Assembly: GCA_964016885.1 (NCBI GenBank)
Contig: OZ024743.1
Coordinates: 167,896,001-167,960,000 of the forward strand
Origin: Eledone cirrhosa
Lineage: Eukaryota
Direction of reading: 5' to 3'
DNA: 64,000 bases
The notes under the pieces were generated by a model. That model was not told where the DNA came from. It did not search any database and saw only the letters and a program-made list of their open reading frames with translations. This document shows, piece by piece, positions 25,346 to 38,129 of this stretch. The translations under genes and the position numbers were made by a program. How positions within the stretch are numbered: the first letter of the stretch is position 1; each line of letters begins with the position of its first letter.

Positions 25346-28085
25346 CAGTTGCATTTATCTTGCTTTATGTTCATACGAATTATCACCAAATCACAACCAG
25401 TGACCTCAAGAAACAACAAGGTTCGCCATGTTCAAGAAAGAACATACATACACACAGATGCATCTTTAGGTGTTTAGACTTGTGATGTACTTATATTGAC
25501 ATAATCTTCCTTAGTATATGGGCAGTTCCCATTAGTACTATCTTTTGTATTTCTCCTATATGCGGGTTTCCTGCGATAAGTAATCATTACACTCCTTAGG
25601 TATCATTCCTAGAGCACCTACAAATACTGGTATTGTTTTAGTTCTCAATTTCCACATTTTTCCAATTTCTATCTCCAGGTCCTTATACTTGCTCAATTTT
25701 TCAAATGTTTTTATAGATACATTCTTATCTATTAGAACGGACATATCAATTAGCAGGCGTACCCTGTTTTTAAAGTCCTTCACTATTATATCAGGTCTAT
25801 TTTTATCTATTTTTCGGTCTGTTTGGATGCTAAAGTTCCATAAGATTGAGATGTGATCTTTTTCAAGTATGGGAGGTGGTTGATGCTCCCGCCAATTCTT
25901 TTGATAGGGCAGGTCAAAATGCTTACACATTATCCAATGTATGTATTGTGCCTGTCATGCCTGTTTAGGTATTCGGTTGGAGCTACAGGACTGCACATTG
26001 AAATTATATGATCAATGGTCTCTGGGTGTTTTTTTACATACACGGCATAATGGGTTGCATCCATTTTTTATTATGTTGGCTTGATAATATTTTATTGGCA
26101 GACACTGATCTTGTGCTGATATAATCAGTCCTTCAGTCTCCGATTTCAGTCCAGAGGATGCCAACGACTGGTGGGTTAAAGTTTTGTCAACATCAGGATT
26201 GTTAACTCTTTCTGGGTATTTTCCATACAGAGGCTTTTCTTGCCATTTCTTAGCCAGTTTCTGTAGCAGTTCTTTCTTTGCAGTTACTTTTACCTGCTTT
26301 GCTTTTTCTGTGTTTTCCATTTCAGCAGTAAATGGGACTTCTGAAATTTGTAGTCCATTACTGTATCTTTGTGCATCTTTTGTAATGGAGTATGATCTTT
26401 TGATGCTTTCGTGTTTCAAAACGAGTTTGATCATCCAATCATGTGCTTCCCTTAGATATGTAGATAATCCAATTGTTGCAGTTTTCAACACAATATCTAA
26501 CTGGATTAACCCACGTCCTCCTTCTTTCCTAGAGAGATATATTCTATCTATATCTGCCTTAGGGTGATGCATTCTGTGCATGGTTAAGCATTTTCTAATT
26601 TTTGTATCGAGCCTACGGATCTCTGTGCTTGACCAGTTGATGACATTGTAACTGTAGGTTACTACTGGTATGACAAGCGTGTTTATGGCATCGATCCTAT
26701 TCCTTGCATTCAATTCCGTTCTTAAGATTGCTCTTACTCTGCGGTAACATTCCTTCCTTATCCTTTCCCTCATTGTCGAGTGCTTGATTCCGTCTCCTTC
26801 ACAAACACCTAGATATTTGTAAGTTTCCTCCTGATCAAGTTCTCTTATCACATTCCCCCGATCAAGATTAATGTCTGAACTTTTCAGTAGCTTTCCTGTG
26901 GTGAACGTTGCTTTGGCGCATTTATCTAGTTCAAACTCCATTTTAATGTCATCACTGAACTGCTTCACAGTGGATAATAGCCCTTGCAATTGTTCAACAT
27001 TTTTTGCAAATGTTTCAGGTCATCCATGTAGAACAAGTGATTAAAGGTTTTGTCATAGACTTTATTTCCATGTTTTGTTTCATTGAGCATTTTACTTAAA
27101 GTGCGATGCAGAATAAAAGCTGTGATAAAGAGTCACCCTGAAATATTCCACAATTAATATTAACCTCTCCAGCTTCCAGTGATTTTTTCAGTATTCGAAA
27201 GGAGTGTCGTTTTCCATTTCTTCATACTGAATGACAGGAACCTCTTGACAACGGGAGATATTTTGAAAATCTCTAAACATTTTACAATCCAACTGTGTGG
27301 CAAACTATCGAATGCTTTTTTATAATCTATCCAAGCAATTGATAGATTTTTGTGTCTATTATGACAATCTTCCAGTATCATTTTGTTAACCAAAAGCTGA
27401 TCCTTACAGCCATATGAGCCTCGTTTACGCCCTTTCTGCTCATTTGGAAATAGGTCATTTTTTTATCAGGTGGTCATATGTATATTCAGTTAGGACTGAT
27501 GTTAAAATTTTATACATTGTGGTCAAGCAAGTTATCGGTTTGTAATTTTGGGGATTGTTTGTCTCATCATTCTTCGGAAGTAGGAATGTAATGCCGTTAA
27601 TTAGCCATGATGGTATCTTTTCTGGCTCCTTAACTATTTCATTGTAAAGTTGGGCTAACAGCTCATGAGACTCTGTGAAGGCATTTATCCAAAAATTTGG
27701 TATTTTGTCTTTGCCTGGGGATTTCCATTTGCTGGTTTTTCTTAGAGCCAAACGCAACTGTTCAACTGTTATATTTTCCCATATTTGTTCCTTAAGGTGA
27801 GCTTTATCTTTCATGTGTCTGTATATCCATGGGGCATGTATATTATGAACTTTTTCTTCGGCCCAGATCTTTTCCCAGAATTCTTGCACTTCCTCCTTGG
27901 GTGGTATTGATTTAGCAGTTATTGTTGACTTGCCAATATTTCTGTAGAAGTTTCTTTGGTTGTTTTTGAACATATTATTGTCCTTATAGAATCTAGATCG
28001 TTTTTCAAAGCGCCTTATACGAGCAGCTTTAGCCGACACTTTTTGCTTGATTATTTCTATCAGCATGTGACATAGATGTCACTTG
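25346..28085 (-). mobile_element. R4/Dong family 2, 5'-truncated, degenerate
   Basis: ORFs 27455-28066, 27160-27393, 26012-26989 and 25556-25930 contain [37 protein letters not shown] and NRPD..D..KLSKY. The 3' end lies in (TAA)n. Protein and 3' UTR are distinct from family 1. Confidence 0.9.
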
Positions 28086-28108
28086 ATTATTATTATTATT
28101 ATTGTTGT

Positions 28109-29385
28109 TTGAGTCTCAGTCATTGATGTTATTTAATTGGTAAGTTTGTTGAAATGAATATCAAGCTGCTATCTGCAGCCTCAGATATTCAGGACGTTTC
28201 GGAGGGTTCTTGCTGTTCCCAGCAAGCATGCCTTTTGAAGTGTTCCAAAAAGCAGGACTGGACCAATCTTCTTTAACCATCCCTTCTTCAGTGTCAATTT
28301 CCTTTATCATCTCACCCGTTGGTACCCGGATTCCGTTGCTTCTGCTCAATTTACCCCTCTTCATCACAAGGACTCCACACTTACTAATACCAAATTGCAT
28401 ACATATATCATTGCTGAAAATATGGACAGTGTCAACAAGCACATCCAACTCCTTCTCACTCTTCCCGAAGAGTTTAAGATCGTCCATGAAGAGGAGGTGA
28501 TTGATGGTAAGCTCTCCCTTTTCCAACTTGTATCCTGCTCTAACTTTTCGCAGTATAATGGTCAGGGGCATCAGGGCAAGGACAAACAACAGAGGGGACA
28601 GACTATCTCCCTGGAAGATACCTCTCTTGATCTTCACGCCTCCCAAGGATTCTCCAGCTGATGCTAACTCTGTTTTCCAGGACTTCATACTTTTGCTCAA
28701 CAACTGTCTGATGTTATCTACCACCCTGAAGATCTCTAGGCTTTTGGTGATCCAAGAATGAGGCACCATGTCAAATGCCTTTTTGTAGTCTATCCATCCC
28801 ATGGAAAGACCAGTGTGTCTCCTCCTGCAATTCCTCATTACCATCTTATCAATAAGTAACTGGTCCTTTGTACCACGGGACTTCTTTCAGCATCCTTTCT
28901 GTTCGTCCGGTAACAAGTTGTTTGTATACAGGTGATGGTAGATTTCCTCAGACACAAGTCCTGGTATCGGTTAATTTTCTCCCTCTCCTTCTCTTGCACT
29001 CTCGTGTCGAATGGGCAGGCCACATCCACAATCAGGCACGATCTTTTTTCCTTGTCCAAAACCACCAGGTCAGGCCTATTGTGTTTCAGTTTCTTGTCCG
29101 TCTGTATCCTAAAATCCCACCGCACCTTCACCTGATCGTTTTCTATCACCGATTCTGGCTTATGCTCATACCACTTCTCAGAATATGGTAAATTGTTTAC
29201 TTTGCATAGGTGCCAGTCACATCATGTCTCCAGCCTTTATAGTGAGTCTGGGCTAGGTGTTTACACTCGGATACAATGTGAGCCACAGTCTCCTCTCTCA
29301 CTTCACAGATCTTGCACAGTGGGCTAGCCTCCTCCTTGTAGATATGGTGTTTTCCTGCACAGTGGGCTAGCCTCCTCCTTGTAAA
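28109..29385 (-). mobile_element. Dong family 1 (older subfamily), internally scrambled copy
   Basis: Order on + is 3' end (28109-28280), RT segment (28281-28956), RLE segment (28957-29350), then a short duplication. Confidence 0.85.
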
Positions 29386-29415
29386 TATTATTATTATTAT
29401 TAATATTATTATTGT

Positions 29416-29913
29416 TCTTTGAGTCTCAGTCATTGATGTTAGTTAACTGGAAAGTTTGTTGAAATGAATATCAAGCAGCTACCTGCAGCCTCAGATATTC
29501 AGGACGTATCGGAGGGTTCTTGCTGTTCCCAGCAAGCATGCCTTTTGAAGCGTTCCAAAAAGCGTGGCGGGGCCAATTTTCTTTAACCATCCCTAGAAAC
29601 CTTTTGAGATAGTACCTAGTGCGCCTATGACAATCGGGACCACTTTGACTGGCAGTTCCAAATCCTTTTTACCTCCCACTTTAACTCCTGGTATCGGTTA
29701 ATTTTCTCCCTCTTCTTCTCTTGCACTCTCGTGTCGAATGGGCAGGCCACATCCACAATCAGGCACGATCTTTTTTCCTTGTCCAAAACCACCAGGTCAG
29801 GTCTATTGTGTTCCAGTTTCTTGTCCGTCTGTATCCTAAAATTCCATAGCACCTTCACCTGATCGTTTTCTATCACCGACTCTGGCTTATGCTCATACCA
29901 CTTCTCAGAATGT
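29416..29913 (-). mobile_element. Dong family 1 (older subfamily), 5'-truncated
   Basis: ORF 29625-29876 with RLE motif; same 3' UTR. Confidence 0.88.
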
Positions 29914-30057
29914 GATTTCGTTTCATTTTTTCCATTTATCGTTTTCGGTACCCCGGCCGATTAACTCACTCAATATGCTAATTAGGCTGCTCAGCCGTTA
30001 ATATGCATAAGGAAAGTATATACTTTCAGACGTTCAATCACCTGGCAGGAAGGTATA

Positions 30058-30098
30058 CGTTGCTGACGATAGCTAATACGCTTGAAACTAGTACAGCG
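30058..30098 (+). ncRNA. Minimal type I hammerhead ribozyme (PLE-associated type)
   Basis: CGTTG-CTGACGA-T-AGC(taatac)GCT-T-GAAA-CTAG-TA-CAGCG: intact core, palindromic ACTAGT stem III, 5-bp stem I. Confidence 0.75.
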
Positions 30099-30862
30099 AT
30101 CCTTTGTCAGTGTTGAACAAATGAGCAACGTTGGTGGCTAGACACTGTACGGCTTAATTCGGGATGTTTGTTTACAAACACACTGAGCATTATAATAAAT
30201 GTTCGGTGAATCCATACGTACATATATATATGTGTGCATGTATGTATATATATATACATACTACTGTACGTCTGTATACATATATATATATATATACTTA
30301 GGTTAATAGGAGTTAGGTATTTTATACCCGTGTCCCATTAAGGTATTGGCAGCATAATAATTAGCTCTATGCTTTGGAGCATTATTTTTATTTTTTATCT
30401 TTTTTATTTTTTATCTGTTTTATCTTTATTATTTCCACTTTTATCCTCCTTTATATTTTACCTTATTCTTACTTTTATACCTTATTATAGTGTAATCTTC
30501 CCCATGCCTTATTATACATTATTAATTATAGATTATTATTATTACTCTTTTTCCATTTCTACTTACCTCATGTACTTTCTCCTCCGTTATATATATATAT
30601 ATATATTGTATGCCCTTTGTGTTTGTGTAGCCTCTGCACACCCTCTGCACCATACTATCGACGCCACCCCATCTATGGTTCAGCTAACCACTCGACTCCC
30701 GGGAATGAATATGACCGCAGCTAGTAAACAAGGACTCACACCCCACCCTCCCGCACCAAAATTAGACTTATCGTCCCCTACTTTTGCTCTTTACTCTCTT
30801 TACTCTTTGTTCTTGAATGTTTGGTTGGTAGAGTCCATAACACCAATAAAACCCCTTTTATA

Positions 30863-30907
30863 GCTCTGACGAATCCTACGGTTACGTAAGGAAGAAACAT
30901 TGTAAGC
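30863..30907 (+). ncRNA. Minimal type I hammerhead ribozyme followed by AATAAA
   Basis: GCT-CTGACGA-A-TCCTACG(gtta)CGTAAGGA-A-GAAA-CATTG-TA-AGC. Confidence 0.72.
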
Positions 30908-31025
30908 CAATAAAAATATTTTGATGTTGTAGACGCTCTTGTGTTCCTTTTCATATATATATATATAAAATAAAATAAAATAAAATAAATAAGTCAAATG
31001 TTTAAAATTTTGATTCGTTTATTAC

Positions 31026-31076
31026 TGCTATATATATTTCGGTGACAGCCATGTTTGGTTGTGACCTCTTCAGGCA
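31026..31076 (-). ncRNA. Type I hammerhead ribozyme, with a partial tandem duplicate at ~31113-31165
   Basis: Minus strand reads TGC-CTGAAGA-GGTCACAACC(aaacat)GGCTGTCACC-GAAA-TATATA-TA-GCA. Confidence 0.62.
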
Positions 31077-31168
31077 CTCCGAATTAGTGTGGTAGAGACG
31101 AGTAAACATGTTGTTGTGACCTCTTCAGGCACTCCGAATTAGTGTGGTAGAGACGAGTAAACATTTTG

Positions 31169-31985
<817 letters not shown>

Positions 31986-31999
31986 ATTATTATTATTAT

Positions 32000-34019
32000 T
32001 TGAGTCTCAGTCATTGATGTTATTTAACTGGAAAGTTTGTTCAAATGAATATCAAGCCGCTACCTGCAGCCTCAGATATTCAGGACGTATCGGAGGGTTC
32101 TTGCTGTTCCCAGTAACCATACGTTTTGAAGTGTTCCGAAAAATGGGGCTGGACTTCTTTAACCATCCTCTTTAACCATCTTCTTTAACCATCCTCAAAA
32201 CTGTTTGAGATATTACCTAGTGCTCCTCTGACAATCGGGACGACCTTGATCTCATGACAGTCCCAAATCCTTTTTAACTCCCCCTTTAAATCCTGGTATC
32301 GGTTAATTTTCTCCTCACCCTTTTTTGCACTCCTGTGTCAAAGGGGCAGGCTACATCTACAATCAGGCATGATCTTTTTTCCTTGTCAAAAACCACCAGG
32401 TCAGGGCTATTATATTCTAATTTCTTGTCCGTCTGTATCCTGAAATCCCATAGCACATTCACTTGATCGTTTTCTATCACCGACTCTGGCTTATGCTCAT
32501 ACCCCTTCTCGGAATATGGTAAATTGTTTAATTTGCATACATGCCAGTGAATCACCTTTCCTATCATATCATGTCTCCAGCCTTCATAGTGAGTCTGGGT
32601 TAGGTGTCTACACTCGGATATGATGTGAGCCACAGTCTCCCCTCTATCTCCACAGATCCTACATAGTGAGCTAGCCTTCCTTGTTAATATGGCATTTCAC
32701 CCACTTCGTTTTGAGAGCTTGTTCTTGTGCAGCCATTAGCAATCCTTCTATAGCTCTTTTAAGGGCTCCTCTTTTTAACCAGCTCCAAGTCTGAGGATCT
32801 CTGAATTCCGTTTTCTTAAAGAAGGTAGTATGAAGGGATTTTTCATGAAGGTTGCTCTTCCTCCTTGTTGTTATTTCCTCCTTGGACACCCCCTGGTCTA
32901 TTGTCTTCTCCTTCAGTACTACTTTTCCAACTTCAGATCTCTTTAAGTAGGATCTATCAACATCACTCCTCTTGTGGAACATGCTGTAGGTAATAATGAG
33001 CTTCCTAGTCTTTCTATCCATTTCTTTTTGTTCAGTAACATTCCATTTCAGTATTCCCTTACTGTACCTAATAGACACAGCTCGGGAATTTACTGAACTT
33101 ATGACATTCCTACCATTGAGATGTGATTTTATTATGTTCCTTATGTATTCAGATCTTATCAATTCCCTCATTTTATTGTTCTTGATGTCATCTGCCTCCA
33201 GAACACCCAAATATTTGTATCCCTCTTCAGTGTCAATTTCCTTTATGATCTCACCTGTTGGTACCTGGATTCCGTTGCTTCTGTTCCATTTACCCCTTTT
33301 CATCACTAGTATTCCACATTTATTAACACCAAATTCCATACGTACATCATTGTAGGAAATACGGACAGTTTTAACAAGTACATCCAACTCCTTCTCTCTT
33401 TTCCCAAAGAATTTTAGCTCGTCCATGAAGAGGATGTGGTTGATGGTAAACTCTTCTCTTCTCAGCTTCTATCCTTCACTTTTCGCAGGCTGTCTGATGT
33501 TGTCTGCCACCTTGAAGATCTCTAGGCTTTTGGTTATCCAAGACTGAGGTACCATGTCGAATGTCTTCTTGTAATCTATCCAACCCATGGGAAGACCAGT
33601 ATGCCTCCTCATGCAATTCCTTATTACCATCTTATCAATAAGTAACTGGACTTTTGTCCCACGGGACTTCTTTTCTGTTCGTCCGGTAGTAAGTTGTTTA
33701 TATTTCCTCAGACACAATGCTTGTTAACAGTTTCCACATTACGGACAGACATGTGATAGACATATAGTTGGTAACCTCTTTACCATTCATTCGGTATTTC
33801 ATTACCAGAAATGTGGTACCTTTGGTCAACCACTCTAGTACTTCACTCGACACCAAGCAGTCATTGAACATGGCTGTCAGCTTTGGGTGGAGGGATGTTA
33901 TATTTTTTATCCAATATCCTTGCCCACCATCAGGGCCTGGTGATTTCCAGATGGTTAGGTTTTTGGCCTGCTTTTGAAGAATTTCAGTTGTGATACTCAA
34001 ATCAGGTTGTTGGTGTGCT
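32000..34019 (-). mobile_element. Dong family 1 (old, diverged), 5'-truncated with internal deletions
   Basis: ORF pieces 32286-32633, 32671-33426, 33469-33717 and 33698-34019 with RT and RLE motifs. Confidence 0.88.
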
Positions 34020-34479
34020 CCTCCAGAAGACGATCCTCCGTCGTTTCCACCGCCTTCTGTCAGATCCTTCCCCCTCAACCATTTTTACATTTCCACCCCT
34101 CCATTCAAGCGCGCTCGTGATCTTCGGCGTCTGCTCGTCTGCAGCGCCCTTCCTCCCCAACCCATCTTCTGGATCCCACACCTTTTCCCGACCCCACTGC
34201 CATACATGCAGCTTTATCTCTAACACCACCACCCTTTTTCATCCCAATAACCGAGTTAGGGACTCCACCAGCCTTGTCTGTGGGATTCGTTGTACTCTGT
34301 GTGGAGCCATCTACCTTGGTCAAACTAACCGTCGTCTGGCCGACAGATTTACTGAACGTCTTCAGGACATCCGGGTCGGCAACTCGACTCCAATCCACCG
34401 ACATGTTCGATCCACCGGCCACTGCATACGCTACTTCAGTGTCTTCGGGCTCGCACATTTTGCCGTAACCTCTGACTAG

Positions 34480-34480
<1 letters not shown>
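34020..34480 (+). mobile_element. Penelope-like element fragment (GIY-YIG endonuclease region)
   Basis: CHTCSFI...SLVCGIRCTLCGAIYLGQTNRRLADRFTE..DIR...PIHRH; ends at (TA)n. Confidence 0.8.
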
Positions 34481-34548
<68 letters not shown>

Positions 34549-35012
34549 GTTCAAGTTAAAGGGAGAAAGAGTCATGTATCGTTTGAGAATCACACAGTAT
34601 TTTGTACACATATACAAATCAAATAATATTCAGCTAAATAGACGTATTATAAGATTGAAAAATTCATATATTCCTTACAGTGCAGTCTCATAGAAAAAAA
34701 AGAAGCGAAGCACACAATCGATCTAAGTAATCAATTATCCATTACCAACTATCGATTTTGGTAAAGCAACAGAAAACATAGAACTAATTATTAGAGGAAT
34801 TGTCTTTATATATATCCCACAATGTACAAAATACCTTTATATCTGTCGAAAGCAGAGAGTTTGTTTAAATTTCTACTCCATATGGTGTCAAAAATGTTTA
34901 ACGGCTAGAAAACAGAACTGGATGTCGTATCGTCTAGAAAGAGCCCAGAAGTGCCAGTCAAAGTTGAAGCAACTCAGCAAATGAATAAATTTGAAGTCGT
35001 TATGTACTATGT

Positions 35013-35494
35013 TAAGGTATCAGTACATATTTAATATGTATGACGATCATGTTTCTCAATACATAAGCTCAATCTACATTGGTTCAGAACATCAATAATT
35101 CAAATTAATAGATATATCTAGAAAGAGAAAGAGTCATATATCGTTTGAGAAACACATAGTATTTTGCACACATATACAAGCAAATAATATTCAGGAAAAT
35201 ACACAAACTTTAGGATAGAAAAAGTGAATTTTTCCATTCCTTAGGTCGATTGTTCGCTTCGTTTTTTTTTAGAAAATGAAAGAGCGCTTTAAGGAAGATA
35301 TGACTTTTTCCATCTTAAAGTACGTGTATTTTCCTGAATATTTATGTGTGCAAACAATACAAACGATATGTGACTCTTTCTCTCTCTACATATATCTATT
35401 AATTTGAATTATTGATGCTCTGAACCAAGGTCCATTGAGCTTATTTATTGTAAAACATGATCATCATACATATTAAATACGTATTGATACCTTA
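35013..35494. mobile_element. Fold-back/MITE-like element with ~200 bp imperfect inverted arms
   Basis: 35013-35225 is the reverse complement of ~35302-35494; a further partial arm copy lies at 34563-34660. Confidence 0.75.
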
Positions 35495-36059
35495 GTATAA
35501 CTATGTGCTTTATGATAGGAATCAATATTTGTATTGTTGCTATTCACGACATGAATGTGATGAAAGGATCTAATACAAGAAGAAAAGAAGAACGAAAAGA
35601 AAGAAAGAAGTAAGCAGAAGACAGAAGTAACAGGATTTAACTATGTCATAACGGGATTTTTGTTGTTGCTGTTTTCTTTTTTTCTTTTTTTTTTCTTTTC
35701 ATTTTAAAAACGTAAGTAGTTCGTACCGAACAGGGAGGGTTCTATTTCCTTCCTTTGCCGAATCACCATAATATTGAAAGTAGCAGAAATTACAACTATG
35801 AAAGATTAAAACAATGATACATAAAACACACTGTATTGCCATTATATCACACATTAGCTCTATGTTGTTTTCCACGTTGTATGTTTATTATTTTGTTGCT
35901 TTCTTTTTATAATGTTCGGACTCTAATGGGTAAAAATTCAGTTTCTTCCTTTTCTGTCTTTTCCATTAAAATGCTCATTGTAAGCCGCCGTACTAATGGA
36001 ACATCATACATTTACATACTTTCTTATTTTCTCTTTCGCACTCCCCCCTCTATCGGTTT

Positions 36060-36102
<43 letters not shown>

Positions 36103-36119
36103 TATATATATATAATATA

Positions 36120-36272
<153 letters not shown>

Positions 36273-36704
36273 TATATATATCTCACTCATTCTCTGTCAC
36301 TACCTCTCCTCCTCCTCTTTCCTCCTCCTCCTTCAAGTTTGACCTGTGTGTAATTCTTTTCTCGCGCAGTCTTGACCGAGCTGGTATGGAATTTTTTTTC
36401 TCTCTCTCTTTCGTCTGCGACTTCACAAAACTTGCGTTTACCGAATTCGTAGACCAGTTTTCTTTCTCTCTCTCTCTCTTCCCCCCCCCCCCGTCGAACT
36501 TGGGCGAAATTCTTTCCTTGCTCACATTTCTACCAGGTTCGATGGTCTTTCGTCTCTTGTTCACGATTTCACAGAGTTTATATTCATAGAGATCTGGGAC
36601 TTGTCTATTTCTACTCACTTTCCGTTGCTATAACCCTTTTGTTGTTACTCTAGCGTCCCCCTTTATTTACGTGTCCCAACGACTTTTTTTAGCCGTTGTT
36701 CGCA

Positions 36705-36770
36705 CCAACCTGAGGCATATGGCCCTTAAAGCGATGAAATGCCGAGGACGGTTGGAGGGTCACTGATGAA
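36705..36770 (+). ncRNA. Candidate non-circularly permuted hammerhead ribozyme, copy 1
   Basis: GGCA-TA^TGGCCCT...T-GAAA-TGCC...AGGGTCA-CTGATGA-A. Stem III GGCA/TGCC, stem I TGGCCCT/AGGGTCA, extra helix CCAACC/GGTTGG. Confidence 0.62.
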
Positions 36771-37350
36771 GGACTCACTTTTTCATATGTATCCCATTTG
36801 CAACGCCGCAGCTCCATTATTATCATCATATTTACACATATTACTTTTCCATGCTGCCTGTCTGTTTCGTTCCTTGTATCTCTACCACTTCTAGCAGTCT
36901 CCTCTCTGTTACCCTCTCCTCAACTTTCACTCACTCATTCTCTGTCACTACCTCTCCTCCTCCTCTTTCCTCCTCCTCCTTCAAGTTTGACCTGTGTGTA
37001 ATTCTTTTCTCGCGCAGTCTTGACCGAGCTGGTATGGAATTTTTTTTCTCTCTCTCTTTCGTCTGCGACTTCACAAAACTTGCGTTTACCGAATTCGTAG
37101 ACCAGTTTTCTTTCTCTCTCTCTCTCTTCCACCCCCCCGTCGAACTTGGGCGAAATTCTTTCCTTGCTCACATTTCTACCAGGTTCGATGGTCTTTCGTC
37201 TCTTGTTCACGATTTCACAGAGTTTATATTCATAGAGATCCGGGACTTGTCTATTTCTACTCACTTTCCGTTGCTATAACCCTTTTGTTGTTACTCTAGC
37301 GTCCCTCTTTATTTACGTGTCCCAACGACTTTCTTTAGTCGTTGTTCGCA

Positions 37351-37416
37351 CCAACCTGAGGCATATGGCCCTTAAAACGATGAAATGCCGAGGACGGTTG
37401 GAGGGTCACTGATGAA
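37351..37416 (+). ncRNA. Candidate permuted hammerhead ribozyme, copy 2
   Basis: Same motif; one change in the unpaired linker (AAAACG). Confidence 0.62.
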
Positions 37417-37997
37417 GGACTCACTTTTTCATATGTATCCCATTTGCAACGCCGCAGCTCCATTATTATCATCATATTTACACATATTACTTTTCCATGC
37501 TGCCTGTCTGTTTCGTTCCTTGTATCTCTACCACTTCTAGCAGTCTCCTCTCTGTTACCCTCTCCTCAACTTTCACTCACTCATTCTCTGTCACTACCTC
37601 TCCTCCTCCTCTTTCCTCCTCCTCCTTCAAGTTTGACCTGTGTGTAATTCTTTTCTCGCGCAGTCTTGACCGAGCTGGTATGGAATTATTTTTCTCTCTC
37701 TCTTTCGTCTGCGACTTCACAAAACTTGCGTTTACCGAATTCGTAGACCAGTTTTCTTTCTCTCTCTCTCTCTTCCCCCCCCCCCGTCGAACTTGGGCGA
37801 AATTCTTTCCTTGCTCACATTTCTACCAGGTTCGATGGTCTTTCGTCTCTTGTTCACGATTTCACAGAGTTTATATTCATAGAGATCTGGGACTTGTCTA
37901 TTTCTACTCACTTTCCGTTGCTATAACCCTTTTGTTGTTACTCTAGCGTCCCCCTTTATTTACGTGTCCCAACGACTTTTTTTAGCCGTTGTTCGCA

Positions 37998-38063
37998 CCA
38001 ACCTGAGGCATATGGCCCTTAAAGCGATGAAATGCCGAGGATGGTTGGAGGGTCACTGATGAA
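37998..38063 (+). ncRNA. Candidate permuted hammerhead ribozyme, copy 3
   Basis: Same motif; C>T at the k-turn non-canonical pair. Confidence 0.62.
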
Positions 38064-38129
38064 GGACTCACTTTTTCATATATATATATATATATATATG
38101 AATTATAAGAATCAAAGAGCTGTTCAAAA

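Larger units (their letters stand above)
36283..38078 (+). repeat. Tandem array of ~2.8 near-identical 646-647 bp units embedded in (TA)n; retrozyme-like
   Basis: TCACTCATTCTCTGTCAC recurs at 36284, 36931 and 37577. No convincing ORF. Each unit carries a hammerhead core. Confidence 0.92.

Noticed and set aside
36711-36790. SECIS element, box C/D snoRNA, U4-like stem or HDV ribozyme readings of the array motif
   Set aside because: Helix lengths and partner boxes do not fit, and there is no HDV L3. The permuted hammerhead reading explains all the conserved nucleotides at once.
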